Notes under the pieces: generated by a model
Told to the model about the DNA's origin: nothing
The model's input: only the letters and a program-made list of their open reading frames with translations
The model's database searches: none
Program-made: the position numbers and the translations under genes
Assembly: GCA_050613775.1 (NCBI GenBank)
Contig: JBODTK010000131.1
Location: 62,001-126,000, forward strand
Length of the DNA: 64,000 nucleotides
Reading direction: 5' to 3'
DNA from: Neocallimastix sp. 'constans'
Taxonomy: Eukaryota
In this document: one piece after another, positions 1-11,907 of the stretch
Numbering within the stretch: position 1 is the first letter of the stretch
Layout: each line of letters begins with the position of its first letter

Positions 1-470
1 ATATATCTTAATAATTTTTTTTTTTTTAAAAAAAAAAAAAAAACAATATTTTAGTATAATTTATTGTTAAAAAAAGGAAAATAATACAATTTAAAAATTT
101 ATATATATATAATTATAAAAACTAATATAATTAACCTTTACGTTTAAAATATTTATGGATATATATTTATTTTATTTTTAGCCAATTTTAAATGTTTTTA
201 ACGTCATACTATAACAATAATTTATTAAAGATTTAAAAATAGATAAAAATAAAAATAATAAAAATAAAATATAAATTAAATAATTAAATAAAATAGAAGT
301 AAAATGAAAATAAAAAAAAATTGGAATATGAGAAATAAAAATAAAATAAAAAAAATAAAAATAAAAGTATAATAAAAATAAGAATTAAAATAAGAATTAA
401 AATAAAAATTGAAATAAAAATTAAAATAAAAGTTAAAATAAAAATTAAAATAAAACTAAAAATAAAAGAA

Positions 471-926
471 GTCCTTCCAGTTCTTATTCTGGGTTGCTAA
501 GTAGTTGGCTTATCATACCATAGGTCTATGAAGCGACTCCCGCCAATATCAAATCTTCGCGATTTTTCCCTCTAGGTTTTGTATGAAAGGTTAATGGTTA
601 AATGATGCTTAGGTAAGTATGATTTCGCATACGAGGTAACCTTAGTATTATATATTTCTTAATTTCTAATATTTAATGATCCCCACTGCATAAGCCTTGC
701 CTGACAGAATTACAGTTTCCAGCTCTTCTGGGATGGCAAGGAGGTGACCTATAGTGGGCTCTGTTTTCCTTTGAGGATCGAGTAGGGTGCTTCTATACTG
801 TAGTTTCTTTGCTTATGGAGGGTTGAGAGCGTCGACGCCGTACCAGTATGACAATTAAACAAACACTAATATTAATATATGGGGGAGACATAGGTCTCAA
901 GTCTATAAAAAAAAAAAAAAAAAAAG
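471..926 (+). mobile_element. 5'-truncated LINE/SINE-like 3' tail with poly(A) and target-site duplication
   Basis: GC-elevated island ending in a gagac-atag-gtctc hairpin, then aagtctat and poly(A). Flanked by aataaaagaa at 461-470 and 927-936. Inverted homolog at 8125-8400. Confidence 0.7.
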
Positions 927-1839
927 AATAAAAGAATAAATAAAATAAAACAAAAAAAAAAATAAAAATAATTGAATATAATTAAATTATAAAATGAAAT
1001 TAGTAATAATTTAAAATAAAAGAAAATTCTTTTTAAGGCTTAGTAAGTATCAAAAACTTTCATTTTTTTAAATTCATAATTTTTTAAATATTAAATAAAA
1101 AAAATTTTTACAAAATATATAAATTTGTATTTATATAATTAATAAATCTATAATATATATTTTAGAAAAAAAAAAATAAAAATATTTTTTTTTATTTTTT
1201 TATTTTTTATTATTAATTAAGGTTTTTATATTTTAAATTATTTATTTTTTATCATTAATTAAATCTTATTTTTTTTTCAATTTTATTTATTTTTTATTAT
1301 TTATTAAGGTTTCTTTTATTTTATTTTTTTTATATTTTATCATTAAAGTTTTTTTTTTTTTCAATTTATTTTTTTTATTTTTTATCATTAATTAAAGCTT
1401 TTTTTTTCTATTTTCTTTATTTTTTATTATTTATTAAAGGCTTTTTTTTTATTTATTTATTTTTTATTATTAATTAAAGGTTTATTTATTTTTATTATTA
1501 TTTATTAATGGCTTTTTTTTTCGTCTTCTTGTAATAAACTATTTAATTAATTCTTTGAGAATAACTATTAAGTATTTAAATTTAATATAAAGTATAAAAT
1601 TAAATATTAAAATAAAATATTCATAAAATATTAATAAAAATATAAATTTATTATAATTAATAAAATATTAATATAAAATAATAATTATTAAAAATTTAAT
1701 AAAATAAAATAATTAAAATGAAATAAAATAAAACTTAATTCATTTATAAATTATTTACATAACATAAAATTTATGTTATAAATTTTATGTTTGCATTAAT
1801 TTTATGTATTTTCTAGAATTTATGTTGCTATATAAATTT

Positions 1840-2305
1840 GGGGGTGGTGCGTTTCGGAATGTGGCTTTAAATAATTTTACATAAATTTTCATTTCGGAAT
1901 GTGGCTTATATAATTTTTTATAAATTTTTATTTATGAATATAATATTTAAAACATTAAAATAAAATGGCACATATAATTTCTTTAAATATAAATAAAAAT
2001 GAAAATATTTTATTTTATTTTTTTTGTATTTTATTTTTTTAATCTTTTTTATTTTTTTTATTTTTTTTTTATTTTTAATTTTTTTTATTTTTTTTATTTT
2101 TTTATTTTTTTTATTTTTTTATTTTTTTATTTTTTTATTTTTTATTATCAAATATATATTAAATTATGAAATTATTATAAAATAAAATATTTATTTAATT
2201 ATTATTTAATTATTTATTTATATAAAAAAATTTATATATAATACGCCATCTCAAAAACATGTGGCTTATATCTATTCACGTGCGGTTCCGAAACGCGCTC
2301 TCCCC
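1840..2305. mobile_element. MITE-like element with imperfect terminal inverted repeats
   Basis: Left end gggggtggtgcgtttcggaatgtgg; right end reverse-complemented ggggagagcgcgtttcggaaccgc. AT-rich non-coding interior with repeated tgtggctt motifs. No clear TSD. Confidence 0.6.
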
Positions 2306-3155
2306 AATCGAGTGATTAATTGATTTATTTTTATGTAATTATTAATAAAATAATTTATTAATAATTAAGGTTTTTATTTTCATTTCATATCAAATTGTAA
2401 TTAAAAAAAATAATAAACGTATTACAAAAAAGTTTATTTTTGTTTAATTAATTTAAAAATAAAATTTATTTAAAAAAAAATTATATCATTTTCCAAAAAT
2501 TAACTTTAACTATAATATTATTTCATAAAAAATACAACAAAATCAACTTGGGATATATAAATATGTTGTAGTAATGATTCATATTATTTATTTTTATATA
2601 TAATAAATATAAAAAATATATTATGTAGTAATTCAATTTGTTTACATTCATATATTATCGCTATACAAAAATCAGAACGATGACCAATAATATATGGGAA
2701 TATATATCAAAATAATTAAAAAGAAAAAAAAAAATATTTATTTATATAAAGAAAAAATACTATAAATTGTATAACTATAATAAAAATTATAGAATATTCT
2801 GATAATTTATTATTAAATATGTTAGTTAATTTTTGAAACAGATGAAAAAAGAATTTATATTTATTATAAATATTATTTTTATTTTACAACTATTCAAATA
2901 AGCCAAAAAAAAAAAAAAAAATTAAAAATAAATAATATATTACTATCATTTTAATAAAATTGTTATTTTTTATAAAAAGAAAAAAAAAGTACAAAAAAAA
3001 ATTTTTTACTTTCTTAAAAAAAATAAAAAAAAAAAAAAAAAAAAAATAAATAATATACTAAAAGTTAATAAAAATAAGTATATTAAATTTAAGAATAAGA
3101 TAAATTAAATTAGTTACTATTATAGTTTAAAAATAATTTATAAATTAAAAAAAAA

Positions 3156-4067
3156 ATGAAATTATTCATAATTATTAATTTCGTTGTTTTAACTCTAGCC
3201 AGTACTGTTAGCGCAAAAAGTAATTGCTCTTCTAAAATTAAAAATCAAGGATATGAATGTTGTTCTTCGGAATGTGAGGTAGTTTATACAGACGAAGACG
3301 GAAACTGGGGTGTTGAGAATGATCAATGGTGCGGATGTGAAGATACTAAATCTGAAATTGTTACTACTGAATGTGCTACCAGTATTTTAGAAAAAGGCTA
3401 TTCATGCTGTCCTAAAGATTGTAAAGTTTTATATACTGATGAAGAAGGGACTTGGGGAATTAACAATTATAAATGGTGTATTTGTAATTCTAATGAGAGC
3501 GATGAAGACTTTAGCAAAATAGTTGATAGATATATTGAAAGAGTTAATGAAGTAACAGGTGATGACAAAGAAATTGAAAGAAAATGGTTACTTGACAAAG
3601 AAAAGATTCCATATGACTTAACAACAAACTTTATTGGTATAGCATTTAAAATAAAGCAAACATATATTTGTTTTGATCCAGAGATAAGAGTAAGAGAATA
3701 TACAAGTGTAAGTAATAATGGATTATCGTATGAAATGACTATAAAAACTAATTTAACTGAAGATGGTCTTATTAGGGATGAAGTTAATATTCCAATTAAT
3801 AAAGAACAATATGATAATATGATAAAAAAACAGGAAGGTAATGTAATATATAAAACAAGATATCAATTATTTGATGATGGGGAATTAGTAGCTATTGATA
3901 TCTTCGAAAAAGATTTAGAAGGACTTGCCTACATGGAAATAGAATTTGCAAATAAATCAGAAAGTGATGCATATAAAACTCCTGATTGGGTAATAAAAGA
4001 AGTTACTGACGACATTAGATATAAAAACGGAAGATTATCAAGATATGGAATTCCTGAATCTCAATAA
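3156..4067 (+). CDS. Secreted protein: signal peptide + 2 fungal dockerin (CBM10-like) domains + CYTH / triphosphate tunnel metalloenzyme domain
   Basis: Hydrophobic N-terminus ending VSA (aa 1-20). Two GYxCC..C.V.YTD..G.WG.....WC repeats (aa ~23-61, ~72-110). CYTH motifs EIERKWL (aa 139-145), IxQxY, EIRVR, TIK, RDE, KTRY, IDIF, MEIEF, EVT.D.RYKN. Intronless, with A-rich context before the ATG. Confidence 0.9.
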   Translation: MKLFIIINFVVLTLASTVSAKSNCSSKIKNQGYECCSSECEVVYTDEDGNWGVENDQWCGCEDTKSEIVTTECATSILEKGYSCCPKDCKVLYTDEEGTWGINNYKWCICNSNESDEDFSKIVDRYIERVNEVTGDDKEIERKWLLDKEKIPYDLTTNFIGIAFKIKQTYICFDPEIRVREYTSVSNNGLSYEMTIKTNLTEDGLIRDEVNIPINKEQYDNMIKKQEGNVIYKTRYQLFDDGELVAIDIFEKDLEGLAYMEIEFANKSESDAYKTPDWVIKEVTDDIRYKNGRLSRYGIPESQ

Positions 4068-4824
4068 GATAAATAATAGTACAAAAAAAAAAAAAATAAA
4101 AAAAATTTAAATATAACAATAAATAAAAATTAAAATAAATAATAATTAAATATTATTATTATTTTTATTAAAATTTATATAATAAATAAAAAATAGCAAA
4201 ATAAAATAATTAAATAAAAAGTTAAAAAAAAGAATAAATAAAAAATAAATAAATAAATAAATAAAATAAAGAACGTAATTAAATAAAAAAAAAAGATAGG
4301 TAAAAAAAAAAAACATAAAAAAAATGAATAAAAAGAAAATTAAATAAATAAATAAAGAACATAATAATCAAAAAATAAATAAATGAAAAGATGAACAAAA
4401 AGAAACAATAATTAATTAGTAAAATTAGAATAAAAGTTCATTAATAAATAAATAAATAAATAAATAAAAATTGATCTTAAAATTAAAAAATAAATTAATG
4501 ATATAATAATAAATCAATAAAAAGTGTTTTATTTTTTATTATTAAAATATAAATTTTTTTACTTTGTTTTGGTGTAATTCTTGATAAAATAAAAAAAAAA
4601 AAAAAATTATTTATATTATATAACATGTTAAAAAAATATGACTTAACCAATTTTCAGTCTATATTATTAAGTTTAAAAAATATATATTGTTATTATTATT
4701 AATTTAATATTTTTTTTTTTTTTTTAGTTATATTTTTTTTAGTTATATATATATATATTTTTTTTTTAATGTACGAAATTATTAAATTTAAAAATAAAAT
4801 AAGAATTAAAAATATTAAATAAAT

Positions 4825-7114
4825 ATCCCGGATGGAATTCCTATTGAATTTTATAAAGCTTTAATTCCTCCGGATGACGAAAATTCAGTAAATAATTCTT
4901 CTTCTGGTTTAAATTGTTTACAGAAGATATACTCAAGAATTTGGAATGGAGAATTTCCTAGCTCATGGAATGAAGCAAGTATTATATCTATTCCTAAAAA
5001 AGGAGATAATCTATCTGATTGTGACAATTATCGAGGTATCTCTCTGATTAACAATGGTATTAAACTCATTTCGAAAATAGTCTCCAAAAGAATTTCAGAA
5101 TATGGACTTAAAAATAATTTTATTAGGCCAGAGCAATTTGGATTTCGTACTAAAGAAGAATGTGTTAGTTTATTTATTTCAATTCGAGAAATTTGTCAAA
5201 GGCGTAAAAATGATAATAATGAAACTTACCTAGCTTTTCAGAATTTAAAAAAGGCATATGATTCTGTTCCAATAGGTAATATTTTATATAAATTAGATGC
5301 TTTAGGTATTAGAAGTAAATGTTATCAATTTATAAAAAATCTATATTTGACATCCAAAGCTAGTGTTAAAATTGATGATCAATATTCGGAATCTTTTAAT
5401 ATTATGAAAGGAGTTAGACAAGGTTGTCCACTATCACCAATTCTCTTCAATCTTTTTATTAATGACATTTTTAATGATGTTTCAGAACTTGGAATTCCTT
5501 TAGGCGAATCTAGATGTTGTGGTGGACTCTTTGAAGATGATATTGTTCTATGCGCACCGTCAAGAACTAAGTTGAAAAAAATGCTTAAGAAGGTAAATGA
5601 ATGGGCTAAATTTAATATGATGAATTTTGGAATTAATAAGTGTGCAACGATGGTGATTCGACCAGACACACCTCTTTTTCAAAATAAAAGAGATCCTACT
5701 TCTTATCTTGCTGGTCAACCAATTCCAATAACTAAATGTTATACCTATTTAGGTATACCATTTGATAAAAGCTTATCGTTGAAACCTATTATTAAATTAC
5801 TTAACTCTAAAGTAACTAAAGCTCTTTTTTCTGTTAGTAAATTTCTTTCAAATTCCAAAATTCCTATTCCATTTAAGAAGATTATAATTAACTCTTATGT
5901 ACTTAGTAAAGTCTCTTACTTTGCACCTTTACTTGGTTCGAATAAAACGAGAACAAATAATACTCAGAAATTAATTAATAAAGGATTAAGATGGATTGCA
6001 GGTATACAAAAAGCCAAATCATTTATTAATGTATATTCTATTTCAAAAGATTTACATATTCCTCCATTGTCAGCTAAGTGTGCTTTGTCTCAGGTCAAAT
6101 GTTTTGATAAATGGAAAAATTCAAATTGTATTATTTCCTATTTAGTTAATAATATTCCAAAATCTAGAAAATATACATGGACAAAAGAAAGTAGAACTCT
6201 TAAACGTAAACTAGAGAAAAGAGGTAATAACGATAATAAAATCAAGGATTTTTATTGGAAAAGAGATATGAAAATCAATTCTATTAAAGCTGAGTTTTAT
6301 GACAAAAACAAATTCGAAGAAACATCAAAATTTATAAAACTTTGTTATGACTATCCTGATCTTTCATATGGTTTCTATTGGCTATTGAGAGCACGAAGCG
6401 GATATAGATTAGATGCTAGAATTGCTAAAGCTGCAAAAATAGTGGACCAAATGTGTCCTAATTTTTGTTCCTGTTGTAAAAGTAATAAACAATGGATATG
6501 TCATTGGTTAATTGATTGTCCCTTTTTCAATCATACTCGTAGTAAAGTTAATGATAAAATTTTATTTTTATATAATGCTTTTTACCGTGGCAACCTAACA
6601 AATGATATTGTTAATAGTAATAATGATAATAGTAATAGTAATAATAGTAATAGTTATAATAGTAATAATAATATTAGTAATAGTATTTTTAGTAATGTTA
6701 GTAATTGTATTGAAAATAATGTGTATATTGATTCTAGTGTGTGTGAAAAAGTGTTTAATTTCCTTCTTGGAGGTCGAAGTATTAATAACAGTACAAGGGA
6801 ATGGAAGGATCTATTTAAGTGCCAGATGAAATCAGGTGCTTATTCTGATACTCCGTTCTTAGTGGTTACTGCGGCACTTCTCCAATCGATTATACCTATT
6901 GCTATTGGCCAGCAATGGTCTTTGTTCAATAGGTTCAAATCGAATCGTACTACTACTACCAAGAGCGTCAATGCTGAAGAAACAGTAAGACAGGCCAGCA
7001 GGGCTAGCGCATCCAATGAAGATCATAATTTTGTATCTTAAAATTATGATTAACATTGCGAAGTCAGAGTTAATTATTATACTTCAGTATAATAATGCCC
7101 TTGTGAAGTCTTAC
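4825..7114 (+). mobile_element. 5'-truncated LINE (non-LTR retrotransposon) with an open RT frame at 4828-7041
   Basis: The frame is open upstream of the ORF call: PDGIPIEFYK, IPKKGD..DCDNYRGISL, QFGFR, LKKAYDSV, GVRQGCPLSPILFN, LFEDD, YTYLG and a C-terminal CSCC..HWLIDC zinc knuckle. Endonuclease absent. Candidate TSD aaatattaa(a/t)taaat at 4810-4824 and 7115-7129. Confidence 0.9.
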
Positions 7115-7466
7115 AAATATTAATTAAATGAAACTAGAATATATTATACCATTATTTTATTTTTATTTTGTGTTTTATTTTTTGTTTATTTTTTTATCTT
7201 TTTTTTTTATTATTTTATTACATGTATTTTATCAAATATTTAATTAATAAAGATGAAACAAGTTTGCTGCCGTTAAAAAAAAAAAAAAAAAAATTAAATA
7301 AATATATAAATATATAAATATATAAATACATAAATACTATATAAATATAAATATATATATTTTTGATTTTTAATTGAAATTTTTTTTTTTTTTTTTTAAT
7401 TAAATGATACAAAATTTTTTAATAATAAATAATAAATTATTCAATTTTTAAATAAATAAAATCTAT

Positions 7467-7780
7467 GGGGGAAGTGCGCAGTTAGAAAAATTTCATTTCG
7501 GAAAATTCTATAAAATTTTTTTTTTTCTTATATAACAGTATATTAAAGTAACTTTTTTTTTTACTAGATTATTTATAAACATCTCTTTTATTAAGAATAT
7601 TTATTAATATTTATTAAATATTAAAATATTTTTATTTAATTTTTAGATTTTATAAAATACTACGCAAGAATTTAAAAGGTGTAAAAATGATCAATTAATT
7701 ATTTAAATATTATTTTTTTAATAATTATATTTTAAATTATTATCCTTTACATCTTTTAAATTATTAATATTTATTTTTTT
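7467..7780. repeat. MITE-like end plus dispersed repeat; inverted copy at about 18645-18900
   Basis: gggggaagtgcgca...catttcggaa resembles the TIR at 1840. 'gcaagaatttaaaaggtgtaaa' and 'tttacatctttta' match the reverse complement at 18668-18770. Confidence 0.6.
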
Positions 7781-8124
7781 ATATATAAAAAACAATATTA
7801 ATTATTTTCATATTTTGAAAAATTAGAAAGTGTTTAAAATGATAAAATATTTTTTTTTAAAACTTTAATTCAAATGAATATTTATTATTATTTATTTATG
7901 TAATTTATTACATAAATATTTATTTTTTTTAAAAAAAATTTAATTTTAAATTTATTTATTTTATTATAGTTTTTTTATTTAATTTTTATTTATTTAGTTA
8001 TTTATTTAAAATATATATTTATTTATTTGCTTTATTATTAATTTATTTATTTACTAATTTTCAAAAAAATTTTGATAAATGAAACTTTTCGAAATGTCTC
8101 ACACTCAGAATATATATATACTAA

Positions 8125-8400
8125 ATTTATTTTTTTTTTATTTTTTTTTATGAACTTGAGACCTACGTCTCCCACATATATTAATATTAGTTTATGTTTA
8201 ATTGCCATACTGGTACAGCGTCGACGCTCGCAATCCCATAAGCAAAGAAACTCTATTATGGAAGCACCATACTCGATATCATCAAGGGAAAACAGAGCCC
8301 ATTATAGGTCATCTCCTTGCCATCCCAGAGGAGCTGGAAACTTTAATTCTCTTACTCAATGGGAATCTTAAAATGTTAGTATTAATATGATAATGTTAAA
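8125..8400 (-). mobile_element. LINE/SINE-like 3' tail with poly(A), same family as 471-926
   Basis: Reverse complement aligns to about 680-905 (gtttccagctc..ctgggatggcaaggag.tgacctata.tgggctctgttttcc, gcgtcgacgc, gagac.taggtctcaagt). Confidence 0.75.
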
Positions 8401-8493
8401 TAATTAATAAAAATGTACAATAAATAATAAATAATATTAATAAAAATAGATAAAAATAATTCAAGGATTTATATGAATTTTTTATTATATAAG

Positions 8494-8570
8494 TCGAACT
8501 AGGTTCTATCCTGGTTGTTAGTCCGTGGATTAGCGTACATAAGGCTCCTGGTTTGAACCAGCCTTATAAC
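8494..8570 (+). repeat. Short fragment related to the poly(A)-tailed element at 45320-45605
   Basis: aggttc.atcctggttgtta.tccgtgg...tacataaggctc matches the reverse complement of 45550-45600. Confidence 0.6.
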
Positions 8571-8619
8571 CATTTTCCATATTTTCCTCAATAAATTTTA
8601 GCATATCAATATTTTAACA

Positions 8620-9560
8620 TATATATTCTTTTGTAGGTATTTTGTTGATTTTAATATAATATTGATTATTATTTGATTCTTTGACAACACAATAATCACT
8701 ATTGAAAGTATATTTGCATTTTCACATAGGTGTTTATCAATGTAGTCATTGAAACTTAGGGTGTTAATAGTACACTTTTGGTTTTCAGAATTATTGAATT
8801 TATTTATCTCTAAGAGCTCCCCTTTTTTTTATTTTTTATTTTTTATTTTTTCTTTTAATAAATTCTTCAGTTGATTAAGTATAAAGATGATTTAAATAAA
8901 CAGACATATTATAATAAATTTCAGAGTCAATAGTCCTATTGAATACTCTTTTTTTTTATAAACATTTGCAATAACAGGTGCTTTATTTGGAACACTAGGT
9001 CCACCATTTAATTACTCGTAATTATAGTCTTTGAATTTAATTATACTTTTAACTCCTTTTGAATGTTTAAAATTATTTTTACTTAAAAACTTTTCAATAA
9101 TCGGTTTATTTTCATAAAATAATTTTCTTTTATCTCCGAACATTCTCTACTGAACTTTAATTCTATCATATTCAATAGTTTAAAAATTCAAAAACATTAT
9201 TATATTTATAATTAACAGTAAGAAATTCATCAGTACTTAAGAAAGCAATCCAATAATTATTATAATAACAATCATGATACGCCTTTCCTTAAGTTGATTT
9301 CCTGTACTTACTATTCTGTATGACCGTTCCCTCTTCTATTAAATATATCAACAAAGCCAATTTCTATATAATTACTAATTATACCTTCTTATTTTTCACT
9401 ATCGATATTATTATTATCAAGCAAAATGATTTTATTTATCACTATATTTTGTAATAATCAATTCATTCTCGTATATAGAGATTCTCATTTTTTGCAATTG
9501 CACACAAAGCAATTTTAGGGTATTCTTTATTATTAATAGTTATATTGTATTCAGATTTAT
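8620..9560 (-). pseudogene. Glycosyltransferase family 92 / GT2-like (Glyco_tranf_2_4-type) pseudogene
   Basis: Manual minus-strand translation: KIALCAIAKNENLYIRE*IDYYK..INKIILLDNNNIDSEK..GFVDIFNRRG..ST*GKAYHDCYYNNYWIAFLSTDEFL..RMFGDKRKLFYENKPIIEKF..VKSII..YLNHLYT*STEEF. Multiple stops and frameshifts; the DxD motif has decayed to STDE. Confidence 0.8.
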
Positions 9561-10919
9561 ATTTTTTTTGAATCATAATTATTACCATTATTACAATTTT
9601 TACATTTAATATTTTTTTATATATATTTGGGATGCTGCTCCTGAAGGGGTTCTGAAACTAAAAACGGTACACACCGGAAATAAAAAAAAATAATTTATAT
9701 TATGAAGAATCGATTAATCCATAATTTCAAAATTTATAACATTAGATTTTATATAAGTATTAAAAATAAATAATAAAATTAAAATATTTTAAAATGGATA
9801 TTGATTAATGATTTATAAAAATAAAAAAAAAAATAAAAATAAAAATAATTGATTAATTTTTTTTATATTATAAGATAATATGTTTCATATTATATTAAAG
9901 GTTATTTTTATAAATATTGAATATATTTTATAAATTTATAATAAAATATAATAAATACTGGTAGTTATAGCTTAGAAGATTAGATAAATTAAAAAAAAAA
10001 TAAAAATAAAAATAAATAAAAAAAAATATAAATATGATAATTTATTAAAATATAAATATAAAGTTAAATTTAAATTGCATAAAAATATTAATTGTTTAAT
10101 ATTAAAGCAAGGAAATAAAAATATATATATATAATTAAAAAAATAGTAATAATTGAAATATATAAAAATATTTAATAATTTTTATAATAAATAAATAAAA
10201 TTAAAAACAATAAATATTTAAATATATATAAAAAAATATATGAAATAAAATACTTTAATAATTTATTAAGAAAGAGATAATATTACCTTTAGTTTTATAG
10301 ATAATAATGATAAATGGATACTTAAATATTACCTAGTTAAATTTAAAAGAATATAAAATATTAATACCATCATTAATATTTGGTATATAGTACATTTCGA
10401 TTTATCATACCTGCTGTTATCGTTGTAGATATTCAGTAAGAATAAATATAGAAAAAAATGAAAGATTATGTCAATTTTGTAATTCATATTCGTTTGATCA
10501 CAATTAATTAGCTTTATTAATACTAATATAAATATGAATTTGATTAATAGCATTTGATTCAAAAATATTAAATTATTTAATAAAATAATGCAAAATATTA
10601 ATACTGAGAATATATAATAATAATTAATATAAAATAAATATATATATAATAAAAAAAAATAAGTTAAATATTTAAACCGTATATTTATGAACAAAATTAA
10701 TAGGCATTATTAATACATATATTAATATAAATAAGAATATTAATATTCACTATGAAATTTTTTAATTGTTTTGTTAATATAATATAGATTTTTATTAACT
10801 AGAAAAAAAAATATTAACTAGAAAAAAAAAAATTCTTATTATTTAATAATAAATAATCAAGTAATAATTATTAAATAATTAATTATAGATGTTATTTAAT
10901 TTTGAACAAAATTCAAAAT

Positions 10920-10960
<41 letters not shown>

Positions 10961-11149
10961 CTCACTTATTTTCTTTAATTTAATAGTATTAATATTTCAG
11001 TCATAGTTATTTTAATATAAAAAGAATTAATAATATCTATACTTAATATTAATTTTTTTTCAATTAATTTTGAATAAATTTTAAGTATATAAAATTATTT
11101 AATTATATATTTTTTATTTATATTTATTTTTATTGAACTCTTTCTTAAT

Positions 11150-11855
11150 TAATAGTTTTCATTATAAATCAAAATATCTTGTTATCTTGTATTGAATATT
11201 ATTAATCAATTTCATAATAATGTTTGTATCAGTTAACACAAAAACAATCTTGATCAATTGAATAGTATTTAAACGTTTAATTGATAGACTTAATGATACT
11301 TTTTTCTTTTTCAAATTTATTTTAAGAATTCTTGTAAGCATAAAAACTAATACACCAACAACAAAAAGATCATTGTTAATTAAAGACCAAAATTCTTACT
11401 GTTCTGGATTTGTTGGAACCGCATTTATATTGTTTCTTATTTTTTAATTCATAATTTAATAGTCCCCATAATATATTATTAAAGAATCAAAATATTTCAT
11501 AATAAATATTAATAATTCTATTTATAAGAATACTTTTACTATTAAGGCCTATTAATCTTGTTTAAATACATACTATATAAATTTTTGACTCAAATTTTTT
11601 TTTTTTTATATATTGATTCTTATTGTTTATAGAGTACAATAATACTATTTATTATATATAATAGAATTAATAGATTTCATAACGAATTTTAATAATTATA
11701 TTTGTAATAATATTTGGTTTTAAAATACTAATTAATTTAATTAAATAAAAACGACTTAAACAATATATATAATATAATTATTATTATTATTATTATTATT
11801 ATTTTTTTAATATACTTAGATTTATTTCAATTTTCTTTAATTAATAGTTTACTTG

Positions 11856-11907
<52 letters not shown>

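Larger units (their letters stand above)
60..2460 (+). repeat. Dispersed AT-rich composite repeat; homologous copy at about 39000-40100
   Basis: Blocks such as 'ataattaacc.ttac.tttaaa...aatgtttttaa', 'ataaaatgaaattagta.taatttaaaataaaagaaa' and 'taataaacgtattacaaaaaagtttatttttgtttaat' recur in the same order at 39060-40095. Confidence 0.7.

Noticed and set aside
5379..7056. ORFs 5379-5669 (-), 6602-6829 (+) and 6859-7056 (-)
   Set aside because: Shadow frames of the LINE RT ORF.
8072..8390. ORFs of 99 and 62 aa
   Set aside because: Antisense readings of a retroelement 3' tail.
10329..10694. 121-aa minus ORF with a signal-peptide-like MLLIKFIFILVLIKLINC segment
   Set aside because: Mostly low-complexity I/F/L/Y/N. 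It could be a gene relic, but no domain or splice model can be supported.
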